The notes under the pieces were generated by a model, which saw only the letters and a list, made by a program, of their open reading frames with translations, made no database searches and was not told the origin of the DNA. A stretch of DNA of 64,000 nt from Myxococcota bacterium (GTDB lineage Bacteria > Myxococcota_A > UBA9160 > JAFDDA01), in the NCBI GenBank assembly GCA_965228475.1, contig OZ245817.1, positions 3,648,001-3,712,000 of the forward strand, read 5' to 3'. Below, piece by piece: positions 1 to 9,757 of the stretch. Position 1 is the first letter of the stretch; every line of letters begins with the position of its first letter. Both the position numbers and the translations under genes were made by a program.

Positions 1-1
1 G

Positions 2-178
2 CGTGCGGCCTCCGCCGAACGCTTCCAGTTCGGAGCGGAACTGCGCGAAGAGTTCCCCACCCTCTCGGCGGACCTCTCGCGGGTGGAGCTGCTCGAGCAG
101 CTCGCGAAGCTCCGCGAGCAGGGCGACCTCTCGAACGCCGAGTTCCGCGCGGCGCTGAAGGGCCTGCTCGGCGAGTGA
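2..178 (+). CDS. 3' end of a SHOCT-domain-like protein (partial, runs off the window start)
   Basis: Open frame from base 2 ends ...VELLEQLAKLREQGDLSNAEFRAALKGLLGE* (TGA 176-178), resembling a SHOCT C-terminal motif. Confidence 0.6.
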   Translation, partial: RAASAERFQFGAELREEFPTLSADLSRVELLEQLAKLREQGDLSNAEFRAALKGLLGE

Positions 179-210
179 CGCGCTCGGTGTAGCGCGCTTC
201 GGCGCGGGCC

Positions 211-870
211 CTAGGGGCTCGATTCTCCGGTCGCGGTCTGGATCAGGATCCGCGCGCAGGTCTCGACGAGATCTTCCTGGCTGGCGCCGAAGGCGCGGAT
301 CTCCCGATGGAAGGCCGCCAGGCGCTCGAGCATCGACGCCATCGCCGCCGCCGCGGCGTAGGGGTGAATGCTCCGGGCGATCCGATCGGCGCGCTGGGCC
401 TCTTCGACCTTCCCGGAGAGCGCGTCGAGGAGCGGCTTCATGAAGTCCCGGCGCACGCGCTGGAAGCGCCGGTCCCCCTCTTCGCTCGCCAGGTTCCGGA
501 CGCGCAACACTGCATGGTGTTCGTCCCAGTGGCGGATGAAGCCCTCGACCAGGGCACGCCCCGCCTCGAGCCCCTCCGCCCCGCTCCAGGTGCGCTCGAC
601 GAGCGCGACCAGCGCCGGCACGTCGCCGTTGGCTTCCTCGGCGAGACGCAGCACCGCCTCGGGCACGTCCTTGAAGTACTGATAGAAGGTCGCCGGCGAG
701 GCATCGACGGCGCGTGCGATCTCGACGACCGACAGATCCCGCAAGCCCCGCTCGGCCAGGAGGTCCCGCGTCGCCTCGAGCAGCCGTTCGCGGGTCTTCC
801 GCGCGCGCGGACCGAGCGAGCGCCCGCTCTGGTCCACCGGTGCCTTCGCGCTCTTCGTGCCCCGTGCCAT
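211..870 (-). CDS. TetR/AcrR family transcriptional regulator
   Basis: N-terminal HTH TRERLLEATRDLLAERGLRDLSVVEIARAVDASPATFYQYFKD; 219 aa. Confidence 0.93.
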   Translation of the reverse strand: MARGTKSAKAPVDQSGRSLGPRARKTRERLLEATRDLLAERGLRDLSVVEIARAVDASPATFYQYFKDVPEAVLRLAEEANGDVPALVALVERTWSGAEGLEAGRALVEGFIRHWDEHHAVLRVRNLASEEGDRRFQRVRRDFMKPLLDALSGKVEEAQRADRIARSIHPYAAAAAMASMLERLAAFHREIRAFGASQEDLVETCARILIQTATGESSP

Positions 871-905
871 CCGCTCTCCACGCCCCGAGCAGCCTGCCGG
901 GCCCG

Positions 906-926
906 GATCTGACGTTATATCAGATC
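906..926. promoter_or_regulatory. Palindromic operator copy 1 (GATCTGAC-GTTAT-ATCAGATC), upstream of the TetR gene
   Basis: Inverted repeat about 36 nt upstream of the tetR ATG; contains a TATAAC -10-like hexamer on the minus strand; one mismatch to TCTGAC-N5-GTCAGA. Confidence 0.8.
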
Positions 927-966
927 GGCCTCTCGCTGGAGTACTTGTGGCGTGCTGGCGGCCCTT

Positions 967-3900
967 CTATGGCGCTTCGCGCAAGTCGGAGAGACGACTC
1001 GTGATCAAGTCTCGATCCCTCCCGGCAAGCCCATACACCTGGAAAGCCAAGTCATCGATCCGGCGATCGAGCGACTGCCGCTCGCGTTCGTTGACCGCCC
1101 GCTCCTCCGGTGTCCGGCCACGGCTCGCGGACAGCGCCACCCTTCGCCTTACAAGTCCATCAATAGCATCGTGCTGCACCGGCACAGCGCTGCGGCGGGG
1201 TATCGAGAGCCTGCCTACCTGGTTCCAGAAGTATTCGTACTGCCCTGCGCTCGTCAGCTTTCCGATAAATCGATAGCGGAACGTCAAGGCGAGGGAGTTC
1301 AAGAGTCCAAGGATGTAGTACATGGACTCCTCCTGTTGATTCTCGTAGAGGACGGTGGTGTCGGTGAGGCCGAGGAATTCGGAACGAGCATCGAAGGCGA
1401 ATCGATTCCGGCTGGCGCGGTAGGGGCACCAAATCCGCGCTCTGTCCACGTACTCTTGGTGGAGCGGCCACGTAAAACGCCACCACTCGCAGTCGCCTCG
1501 CTTGAAGGCAGCCCGGTTCCGAAGCCCTTCCTCGTGGCTCCGGAGGTGCGCCTGTAGCCCCTGCGGCAAGTCGGCGAATCGTGCCACCTGCTCAAGAAAC
1601 AAGACGGGCTGCCCCGAGTCGGAGATGTGGAAGCGGTCTATGTTCGAGTTTCGCACCCGGGTGTAGTAGTAAGTCGCGGGAACCTGCCAATCCTTTAGCT
1701 GATCCATCGACGGACCGGCGAAGGCGGCGTTGAGACCTGTCTCCATCCCCTTCCCAACGTGAAGGATCTCGGACACCGGCTCACCCTGCCCGTCGATTCT
1801 TCGCAGGACGCGCTCGACCTCCTCGGATGCGAAGATCCACGGCTCACGCGAGAATGCCTCTTGGGGAACAAACAACCGTTCAAAGAGTGCGGTCTCTTCG
1901 CGCTGAGCGGCCAGATCTCCTGGCACGAAATCGCGCGCAACGAGATCGAACACCTGGGCCGGTCCCTCGCCTGATGGGCGATTCTTCTCCAAGGTCACGA
2001 TCGCAGTTGCTATCCCGACTCCCGGGAACACGTAAAAGTCCCGGAAGTCCAGAATGTGATGAACGCGCGCGTTGCCCCCAATGAAGAAACGCAACTTGTC
2101 CGCCTTGTACGCTTCGCGGAACGCACGAGAAACAATGAAACCGATACGTCCGCGCGAGATACGAACTGCAGTGGCCAAGAAGTAGAAGAGCACGTCTGTC
2201 TTGTCGCGATGAATCTCTGGATACACGGCTTTGAGGTAGTCAAGGCGCGGGTCCTTCCTGCCCCAGGTGTCATCGACACTGTAGTAGGGCGGATTGCCGA
2301 CTACCGCGTCGAAACCGGGCTGAGGGCCCTCGAAAACCTCAGGGAACTCGCGCTCCCAATCGAAGCAGTTGATCCTCAGCCGCTCTTCGTCGTCGGCAAG
2401 TGGGAGGCCCAACTGGGCGTAGTAGTCGGTGCCGACCAATGAGTTCCCACACCTGATATTTCTGTCGAGATCAGGGAGGGCCCGCTCCTGAAAAAGGCTC
2501 AGGTTCTGGCCGATCGTCTCCTCGGACTCACCCTCAAGGACTTTCAGGAGGAGCGCAAGCTTGGTGACTTCGACTGCCTGGGGATCGATATCGACTCCGA
2601 AGATATTCGAGATAAGAATCCGCTTCCGCTCGCTCGAAGTGAGTCGCCAATCACCGTGACGAGCGCGATAGAGCCGAGGCGGTCTGCCGCGAGCGTGACG
2701 TTCCGGGTTGTCATTCACATAGCGGTTGAGATACCAGTCGAGCAGGTACTGATATGCAACGATTAGGAAGGATCCGCTACCGCAAGATGGATCGACGATT
2801 CGAAGAGTTCGTGCTGTCTCCGGCGTTTGCCCCTCGAGCAGCGAGCCTAGGGTCTCCTGAACGATGTAGCGGACGACAAACGAGGGAGTGTAGTAGACTC
2901 CGCCGGCCTTCTTGACCTCTGGCTTCTGCTCGACTCTCACACTGCGATCCGGGGCGAGCGTCAGAGTGTTTCCCAGAAACCGTTCGTACGTTTGACCCAA
3001 GATGTCTGCCGGTAGTACCGAGAACTCGTACGGGCTGTCGGGGTAGTAGAGGGGTTTCAGGATCCTGCGCAGAGTCGTATCACCGACCTTCAGGAGTGGC
3101 GTCAGACCATCCGGCGCAGTTGCCCGCCCCTTCTCAACGCGAAAATGGAACAGACCCGAGTTATACCGATCATCCGAACGCCTAAATACTCTGAGCAGCT
3201 CGCTATAGATTCCATCCCGCTCGCAAATTTTCTGAAGCTGTCCGTACGGTTCTACTCCACGGTCTTCGCAGATCCGTAGGAATACGATGCGGTCTATCGT
3301 CACCTGGACTGCGTAGTTGAGCTCTCGAAGCGACAGGTCGGCGTTCTCTCGAGCGAAGTCCTGAGCGAAATCAATGCGCCATCTCTCGATCTCATCAAGG
3401 AAGGCCTCATCAACCGCCTCTGTTCCGCGCCTACCCTTCGTCGAGTCGACATACCGATCGAACGAACCAGAAGCAAGGGCCTCCCGAGAGAAGACTGACT
3501 CGATCTCGGCCCAGCGGTCCTTGTACTCTTCGAACTTTAGATACTTGATTCGCGCAGTCGCAGCGCCGTGTTCTTTCTTGGGAGGGATGCGACAGTCGTA
3601 GATCGCGAACTCCTCGAAGTCGGTAAGTACCGAGAGCGGAAGACCTGCTGACCACCCATAGCGCCGCAGCTGGTAGGAGGGCCCAGACGCAGTCTCGAGA
3701 GCAGTTGCGGGCTTCTTCGCCTCGACGAAGAATCGACGCTCACCACCGACACGAAAGCAGTAGTCGGGAGCTTTGACACTCCCTTCGATTCGTATCGAGT
3801 CCTCATGAATTACTTCTTTGTAGGGCTCCGGATATCCTTTCTCGTTTGCGACATCCCAACCGAGCGCGCCAAAGAGCGGATCGAGAAACTCTTTGCGCAG

Positions 3901-3990
3901 CTGAGCCTCGTTGTAGCTTGCGGCCTTGTACGACCGATAGTTCTCCCTAAACCGTCTGACCAGCTCAAGTACAGCGGCGGGCGCGGACAA
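967..3990 (-). CDS. Type IIG restriction-modification enzyme (fused endonuclease, N6-adenine methyltransferase and TRD; Eco57I/TaqI-C-like)
   Basis: N-terminal PD-(D/E)xK nuclease (APDY...FVEAKKP), GGVYYTP, SAM motif DPSCGSGSFL, catalytic GNPPY, C-terminal YILGLLNS. Start taken as TTG 3990 after an AAGGGGAG RBS; the ORF track extends it to 4032. GC is visibly lower than in the flanks. Confidence 0.9.
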   Translation of the reverse strand: MSAPAAVLELVRRFRENYRSYKAASYNEAQLRKEFLDPLFGALGWDVANEKGYPEPYKEVIHEDSIRIEGSVKAPDYCFRVGGERRFFVEAKKPATALETASGPSYQLRRYGWSAGLPLSVLTDFEEFAIYDCRIPPKKEHGAATARIKYLKFEEYKDRWAEIESVFSREALASGSFDRYVDSTKGRRGTEAVDEAFLDEIERWRIDFAQDFARENADLSLRELNYAVQVTIDRIVFLRICEDRGVEPYGQLQKICERDGIYSELLRVFRRSDDRYNSGLFHFRVEKGRATAPDGLTPLLKVGDTTLRRILKPLYYPDSPYEFSVLPADILGQTYERFLGNTLTLAPDRSVRVEQKPEVKKAGGVYYTPSFVVRYIVQETLGSLLEGQTPETARTLRIVDPSCGSGSFLIVAYQYLLDWYLNRYVNDNPERHARGRPPRLYRARHGDWRLTSSERKRILISNIFGVDIDPQAVEVTKLALLLKVLEGESEETIGQNLSLFQERALPDLDRNIRCGNSLVGTDYYAQLGLPLADDEERLRINCFDWEREFPEVFEGPQPGFDAVVGNPPYYSVDDTWGRKDPRLDYLKAVYPEIHRDKTDVLFYFLATAVRISRGRIGFIVSRAFREAYKADKLRFFIGGNARVHHILDFRDFYVFPGVGIATAIVTLEKNRPSGEGPAQVFDLVARDFVPGDLAAQREETALFERLFVPQEAFSREPWIFASEEVERVLRRIDGQGEPVSEILHVGKGMETGLNAAFAGPSMDQLKDWQVPATYYYTRVRNSNIDRFHISDSGQPVLFLEQVARFADLPQGLQAHLRSHEEGLRNRAAFKRGDCEWWRFTWPLHQEYVDRARIWCPYRASRNRFAFDARSEFLGLTDTTVLYENQQEESMYYILGLLNSLALTFRYRFIGKLTSAGQYEYFWNQVGRLSIPRRSAVPVQHDAIDGLVRRRVALSASRGRTPEERAVNERERQSLDRRIDDLAFQVYGLAGRDRDLITSRLSDLREAP

Positions 3991-4263
3991 TTCAACTCCC
4001 CTTCCAACGAACCAGAATGCTGTTCGAACCAAGAAGAGTATGCCCTCGTAGAGTCGACACAGCCCCTTTTTTGTCGGGCCAACGCAGGCTAGGCGGCAGC
4101 CGAAAGACAGTTCTGGAACGCGTTAGCACCTTGACGCTCGCGCTTCGCGAAGCGATGAAAGCGTGACTAGGCCGGCAGATCAGACCTACAGCGGAGGGAA
4201 ACCGACAGTAGGTTGATTTCGGGCTCGGGACCGGGGTAGAAAGGTTCGAGCTGCGAGGTCCCG

Positions 4264-5427
4264 ATGCCCGCGTCCCACAGTGCGCCCCCCGGCCCGGCCG
4301 ACGAGATCGCCGTCGTCGCCGCGATCCAATCGGCCGCGCTCGACCCGGAGCATTGGCACGAAACGCTCGCCCTCCTCGACCGGACCCTCGGCGGCTCGAC
4401 CGTCGCGTTGCACTTCTCCTTCCCCGCGCCCGGCGAGCCGGTGCGCGCCTTCATGCACGGCTACGACCCGGCGAAGATCGTGGAGTGGGAGGAGCACCTG
4501 CGCGAGGTGGATCCCTGGGTCCGCGACATCCAGCGCGGGCTGCTGCCCGAGGGCAAGGCCCTGTTCTCCCTCGTGCCCCACGAGGAATTCCGGGCCAGCG
4601 AGTTCAGTGCGGACTTCCTCGAACCTCAGGAGCTGCGCCCGTTCGACAGCGTCGCGGTGGCGCTCGACGGAAGCGGCCCCGACATGCGCGCGGCGCTCGG
4701 CCTGACTCCCAAGAAGGGCTCGCCGGTGCGCGGGGCGGACGAGCTCGCCTTCATCCAACGCCTCGTTCCCCACCTCCGGAACGGCGTCGCGCTCTCCCGC
4801 CTCGTCTCCGGCTTCGAGCCGTCTCTCGACGTCCTCGACACCCTGACCGCGGGGCTTGCCCTGCTCGACGAGCGCGGCCACGTCTGTGCGGCCAACCGCG
4901 CGCTGCGCGAGCGCGCCGAGCGACGCGACGGGCTGCGCATCGAACGCGGCAGGCTCGAGGCGGAAGGCGCGCGCGACCGAGGGTCCCTCGCCCGGGCGTT
5001 GGCGGACGTCCTGCGTCCGGCCGAAGCGATCCCTTCGGGTGCGACGGTCCGCATGGGCGACGAGCGGCGCCCTTTCGTCTTGCACACCTTCCCCGTTCCC
5101 CGACGCGAAGCGCCCCCCGGCTGGGTGGGCCCCTTCGGCGCCGCCGCGGGGGTCTGGGTGATGGATCCGAGCACGGGCGCGCCGGCCTCGGCCGACGTGC
5201 TCGGCGCGGCCTTCGGCCTCACCCCCGCCGAAGCGCGGACCGCCGCGATCCTCGCCGAAGGGCGCGCGCCCGCCGACGTCGCGGACGCGCTCGCCATCAC
5301 CCGGAACACCGCGCGCGAGTACACCAAACGGGTGCTCTCGAAGGCGGGCGCGCGACGCCAGCCGGAGCTCGTCCGCCGCCTGATCTCGGTGCTGCCCCCC
5401 GCACGCCTCGAAGACGAAGACCGCTAG
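4264..5427 (+). CDS. LuxR-type HTH transcriptional regulator with N-terminal sensor (GAF/PAS-like) region
   Basis: C-terminal FGLTPAEARTAAILAEGRAPADVADALAITRNTAREYTKRVLSKAG. Confidence 0.85.
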   Translation: MPASHSAPPGPADEIAVVAAIQSAALDPEHWHETLALLDRTLGGSTVALHFSFPAPGEPVRAFMHGYDPAKIVEWEEHLREVDPWVRDIQRGLLPEGKALFSLVPHEEFRASEFSADFLEPQELRPFDSVAVALDGSGPDMRAALGLTPKKGSPVRGADELAFIQRLVPHLRNGVALSRLVSGFEPSLDVLDTLTAGLALLDERGHVCAANRALRERAERRDGLRIERGRLEAEGARDRGSLARALADVLRPAEAIPSGATVRMGDERRPFVLHTFPVPRREAPPGWVGPFGAAAGVWVMDPSTGAPASADVLGAAFGLTPAEARTAAILAEGRAPADVADALAITRNTAREYTKRVLSKAGARRQPELVRRLISVLPPARLEDEDR

Positions 5428-6584
5428 TGGACGCGCGCCTCGGCGACCAGCAGCTCCTCCTCCGGGATTCCGCGCGGGATTTTCTCGCGCGCGAATGTCC
5501 GATGGCTTACGTGCGCGAGATGATGGAGCACCCGGCCGGAACGACGGAGGCGTTCTGGGGAAAGCTCGTCGAGCTCGGCTGGACGGGACTCGTCCTCCCG
5601 GAGGCCGTCGGCGGTGCCGGGCTCGGCTGGCTCGACCTCGCGGTCGTCCTCGAGGAAGCCGGCGCCGCGCTCCTCCCGGGGCCGTACTTCTCGTCGCTGG
5701 TGCTCGGCGCCGGATCCATCGCTGCGGCGGGCGATGCCGCGCAGCGCGAGCGTCTGCTTCCGCCCCTCGCGCGCGGCGAACGCCGCGCGACCCTGGCCCT
5801 CGCCGAGCCCGGAGGGGGCGCGCTCGGGCCGATCTCGCTCTGCGCCCGCCCGGCGGACGGCGGCATCCGCCTCACCGGACAGAAGGTCTTCGTACCGGAC
5901 GGCGCCCACGCCGACGAGATCGTCGTCGCCGCGCGGCGGGATCACGCGGACGGGCCGCTGCTGCTCGCCCGGATCCCGAGCGACCGCAGCGGCCTGCGAG
6001 CCCGCCCGGTCGCCTTCACGGATGAGACGCGCAAACTCGCGGAACTCGAGCTGCACGAGGTGTTCGTTCCGGAGGAAGACGTGCTCGGCGGCGAGACCGA
6101 CGCAGAAGCGACGCTCTCCCGCGCCCTCGACCGGGCACGCGTCGCGCTCGTCGCGGAGATGACCGGCCTGGCCGCCCGGGTCCTCGATCTCTCGGTCGCC
6201 TTCGCGCGCACCCGCGAACAGTTCGGCCAGCCGATCGGGAGCTTCCAGGCCATCCAGCACAAGTGCGCCGACATGCTCCTGCGCGTCGAGAACCTCCGGT
6301 CGGCCACCTGGGCCGCCGCCTGGGCCCTCGACGAAGACGAAGCCTCCGCCCACGAGGCCGCGTGCATGGCCCAGGCCTACGCTTCTTCCGCTTGCAGCGC
6401 CGTCGCCGCCGAGGGCATCCAGATCCACGGCGGGCTCGGCTACACCTGGGAACAGGATCTCCATCTCTACTACAAACGTGCGAAGGCCGTTGAAGCCGCT
6501 CTCGGCGACGGCAGCGAGCACCGCGAGCGCGTCGCCGCGCTCGTTCTCGACGGACCCGATCGGAAGACCGGGACCTCGGGGTAG
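5427..6584 (+). CDS. Acyl-CoA dehydrogenase family protein
   Basis: GTG overlaps the upstream TAG; motifs LTGQKVFV, REQFGQPIGSFQAIQHKCADM, QIHGGLGYTWEQDLHLYYKRA. Confidence 0.92.
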   Translation: MDARLGDQQLLLRDSARDFLARECPMAYVREMMEHPAGTTEAFWGKLVELGWTGLVLPEAVGGAGLGWLDLAVVLEEAGAALLPGPYFSSLVLGAGSIAAAGDAAQRERLLPPLARGERRATLALAEPGGGALGPISLCARPADGGIRLTGQKVFVPDGAHADEIVVAARRDHADGPLLLARIPSDRSGLRARPVAFTDETRKLAELELHEVFVPEEDVLGGETDAEATLSRALDRARVALVAEMTGLAARVLDLSVAFARTREQFGQPIGSFQAIQHKCADMLLRVENLRSATWAAAWALDEDEASAHEAACMAQAYASSACSAVAAEGIQIHGGLGYTWEQDLHLYYKRAKAVEAALGDGSEHRERVAALVLDGPDRKTGTSG

Positions 6585-6593
6585 ACTCGCTCG

Positions 6594-7469
6594 ATGCCCG
6601 AAACACAGCCGGCTGATTTCCTCGCGGACTCCGAGATCCGGTTCGACGACGGCGCCGAGATCGGACGGGTCGACCTCTCGCCCCGCTGGGCCGTCTGGGG
6701 GCCGAACGGGGGCTACCTCGCCGCCATCGCCCTGCGCGCCGCGATGGCGCGCAGCCGGCTCCCGCGGCCGGCGAGCTTCCACTGCCACTTCCTCGCCATC
6801 GGGGAGTTCGCACCGGCAGCGCTGCACGTCTCGACGCAGGGAGGAGGCAAACGGGCCGAGTCCCTTCGCGTGGAGATCGTGCAGGAAGGGCGAACCCTGC
6901 TCTCCGCTTCCGTCTGGATGGTCGACGAGGGCCTCGGCGGGTACACCCACGACTTCGGTAGGGCGCCGGCAGTCCCGCCTCCGGGCGACCTGCGCAGCTA
7001 CCACGATCTCGTCGACAACTACGACGAGTGGTATCCGATCTGGCGAAGCATGGAGGGCCGGCCCACGCGGTGGCAGGAAGGCCACCCGGAACCCGGAGAA
7101 CCCGTCTCCCGGACCTGGCTCCGCTTCACCGGCACACCGATTCCCGACGCGCGGGCCGACGCCCTGCGCCAGCTGTTCTGGCTCGACTACCCGGGCTGGA
7201 ACGCGACCATCGCCGCACACCGCTGGCCCTTCCCGTACCTCACGCCCAACCTGGACCTGAACGTCCAGTTCCACCGCTTCGCACCGGAAGCGGACTGGAT
7301 GCTCGCCGACGGGAACGTCTGGGTCGCCGAGGACGGCCTCGTCGGATGCGTCTCACGCCTCTGGTCCGAAGACGGGCGGCTGCTCGCCTCCGCGACGTCG
7401 AACCATTCGTGCCGGCCCAACCCGCAGTACGAGCAGGACCTGGCCGAGGCGCGGGCGCAGGAGCGCTGA
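6594..7469 (+). CDS. Acyl-CoA thioesterase (TesB-like double hot-dog)
   Basis: WAVWGPNGGYLAAIALRAA, TPNLDLNVQFH, LWSEDGRLLASA. Confidence 0.85.
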   Translation: MPETQPADFLADSEIRFDDGAEIGRVDLSPRWAVWGPNGGYLAAIALRAAMARSRLPRPASFHCHFLAIGEFAPAALHVSTQGGGKRAESLRVEIVQEGRTLLSASVWMVDEGLGGYTHDFGRAPAVPPPGDLRSYHDLVDNYDEWYPIWRSMEGRPTRWQEGHPEPGEPVSRTWLRFTGTPIPDARADALRQLFWLDYPGWNATIAAHRWPFPYLTPNLDLNVQFHRFAPEADWMLADGNVWVAEDGLVGCVSRLWSEDGRLLASATSNHSCRPNPQYEQDLAEARAQER

Positions 7470-7475
7470 GGCCCG

Positions 7476-8945
7476 TCAGCTTGCGCGGAAGGTGCCGTCG
7501 GCGGAGACGCGCACGGTCCGGCCGCACCACTCCTCCGCCATGCAGGCGGCCAGCAGGGACGGGTCTTCGCTCGCTGCGACGGTCCGGTCGCCGTTCTCGA
7601 GGTCGCAGACGGCGATGGCGCGCTTCGGGGCGCCGGCCTCGTGGAGCAGGGTGTAGCCCCCGACCCGAGCCGCCCCCTCGAACCGGCCGTCGAGACGCCG
7701 GACCCGCGTCGCGGCGGCGACCTCTTCGCTCACGTCGTCGAAGGCGAAGGGCGCCGAGGGCGCTTCGGTCGAGAGGGCCAGGAACCCCTGCTTGGTGAAC
7801 ATCCCGCTCACCGCGGTCACGAGGCCCGTCGCATCGGCCGATTCGCGCAGGAGGCCCGCCATGCGCGCCGTCGCCTGCAGCACGTAGTTGTTCACGGGAC
7901 CGCCCGCGAAGGGCATCCCGCCCGTGACGGTGAAGGGCCCCTCGCTGCGGCCGAGGGCGCGCGCGAGAAAGCGAACGGCGACCGGGAAGCAGCTGTAGAG
8001 ATCGACGTGGGTGAAGTCGGCCGGCGCGACGCCCGACGCTTCGCACACGCGCTCGGCCGCGATGCGCGCGGCCTCGCTCTCGAAGAGCACGTCACGCTCG
8101 CAGACGGCGGCCATGTGGTTCGACTCGCTCGCGGCGAGCGGATGGATCGCGCGGTCCGGCGCGATGCCGAGCGCCTGCGCCCGCTCCGCCGAGCAGAACA
8201 GGAGCGCCGCCGCCTGGTCCACGTTCCAGCCCGAGGTGTGGAGCTTCGCGTAGGGGAAGGCGAGCATCGGATTCGCGGTGCCGGGCGTCGCGATCGTTTC
8301 GGCGGTGAAGGGGGCGCGGCGCCAGGCCTCGGGGTTGTCTTGGGCGACGCGGCTGAAACCTTCGTAGAGACGGCCGAGCCTCTCCGCGTGCTCGCCGATC
8401 CCGAGACCCTCCTTCGCGCGGAGCGCACTCTCGAGCAGGGCGTAGTAGCCGACCGGGAAACGCAGGCCGCGCTCCCACTCGATCTCCGCCCAGAGGGCGT
8501 CGTGCGGCCGCCACAGGTGGGTCGGCGCGACGTCGCGCTGCTGGGTCTCCTCGAGCTCGACGCCGGCGATCTCGGCCCGGAGGCTCCGGTACTTCGCCTC
8601 GCCCCCCACGACGAGGGCGACGTCGGCTTCCCCATCGCGAATCGCCCGGCACGCATCCGCAAGCAGGGTCGTCTGGAGGACGCCGAACTCGGCGAGGATC
8701 GTCTCCGCCCCGGCGGAGCCCAAACGCTCCGCGAGCAGCCGCCCCGGGTCCGGGTAGCTCCAGAAGCCACGCGGCACGGCGATGCGGTCCAGACGGCCGA
8801 GCAGCGCCGGCGCCCCCGCGTCCTCGGCCGCGGCGCGCACGGCTTCTTCCATCAGCGCAACGGGCTCGAGGGCGTCGCGTGCGTCTTCGCAGCGGCGGGT
8901 GGCCGTTCCGGCGCCGACCAGGAGCGGGGTGCGCGAGTCGATCAG
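7476..8945 (-). CDS. Thiolase-like (acetyl-CoA acetyltransferase family) protein
   Basis: N-terminus (L)IDSRTPLLVGAG; VDLYSCFPVAV, TVTGGMPFAGGPVNNY. Start placed at CTG 8945, overlapping the upstream TGA. Confidence 0.85.
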   Translation of the reverse strand: MIDSRTPLLVGAGTATRRCEDARDALEPVALMEEAVRAAAEDAGAPALLGRLDRIAVPRGFWSYPDPGRLLAERLGSAGAETILAEFGVLQTTLLADACRAIRDGEADVALVVGGEAKYRSLRAEIAGVELEETQQRDVAPTHLWRPHDALWAEIEWERGLRFPVGYYALLESALRAKEGLGIGEHAERLGRLYEGFSRVAQDNPEAWRRAPFTAETIATPGTANPMLAFPYAKLHTSGWNVDQAAALLFCSAERAQALGIAPDRAIHPLAASESNHMAAVCERDVLFESEAARIAAERVCEASGVAPADFTHVDLYSCFPVAVRFLARALGRSEGPFTVTGGMPFAGGPVNNYVLQATARMAGLLRESADATGLVTAVSGMFTKQGFLALSTEAPSAPFAFDDVSEEVAAATRVRRLDGRFEGAARVGGYTLLHEAGAPKRAIAVCDLENGDRTVAASEDPSLLAACMAEEWCGRTVRVSADGTFRAS

Positions 8946-9757
8946 CCCGCCTCCCCGTAGAAGAGGCGCGCGGCGTTGCCGTGGAGGTAACCGTCGAGCA
9001 CTTCGGCGGGCAGGTCGAGCTTCCTCGCTTCCTCGATGCAGCGATCCATCTGGATCGCGGGATGATCGGAAGCGAAGATCACCTTGCCCTTCCCCCGCGT
9101 CCGCATGAAGTGGATCAGCTCGGGCGGCAGATACTTCGGGAGATAGGCCGACGTCATCAGGTGGAGGCCCGGATATTTGAGCATCAGGCGGATCGCGACG
9201 GCCCACCAAGGGTCGGCGCCGTGAGCCATCACCAGCTTCAACTCCGGGAAGTGCAGACAGACCTTGTCGAGATGCATCGGATGCTGGCACTCACCGGGGG
9301 CGGGGGGCCCGGGGATCCCCGTATTGATCGTGATCGGCAGATCGAGCTCGATGCACTTCGCGTACACCGGGTAGTAGACGGCGTCGTTCGGGGCGATGTC
9401 GAGATAGAAGGGCGTGATCCGGGCCAGCACGACGGGATGGTTCGCATGGAACGCCTCGAGCGCGCGGAGCGCCTTCATCCCGCGCCGCGGGTCGAGCTGA
9501 GCCCCGAGCGAAAAGCGCTCCGGGTGCTTCTCCGCGAACTGCAGCACGTGCGGCGAGGGCTTGCCCGGGTCCGTCGTCAGGATGGCGCGCTCGACGCCGC
9601 AGGCGTCCATGCGCTCGAGCGTCTCTTCGACCTCGTAGTTCCGGAAGAAGTCCTCGCCCTGCTTGAAGTACTGGCTCGCGACGGTGACCAGGTAGTCCGG
9701 GCGACCGAGCTCGGCCATGTTCACGTTCACCCAGGCGTCGATGACGCGTCCGCTCAT
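8942..9757 (-). CDS. Amidohydrolase family protein (amidohydro_2 type)
   Basis: MSGRVIDAW..., YYPVYAKCIELDLPI, FPELKLVMAHGADPW, KVIFASDHP, GNAARL; ATGA overlap with the Rieske gene. Confidence 0.88.
   Translation of the reverse strand: MSGRVIDAWVNVNMAELGRPDYLVTVASQYFKQGEDFFRNYEVEETLERMDACGVERAILTTDPGKPSPHVLQFAEKHPERFSLGAQLDPRRGMKALRALEAFHANHPVVLARITPFYLDIAPNDAVYYPVYAKCIELDLPITINTGIPGPPAPGECQHPMHLDKVCLHFPELKLVMAHGADPWWAVAIRLMLKYPGLHLMTSAYLPKYLPPELIHFMRTRGKGKVIFASDHPAIQMDRCIEEARKLDLPAEVLDGYLHGNAARLFYGEAG

Noticed and set aside
930..4263. RM block as a defined mobile element
   Set aside because: No integrase, transposase, att repeats or terminal inverted repeats seen; only a composition shift.
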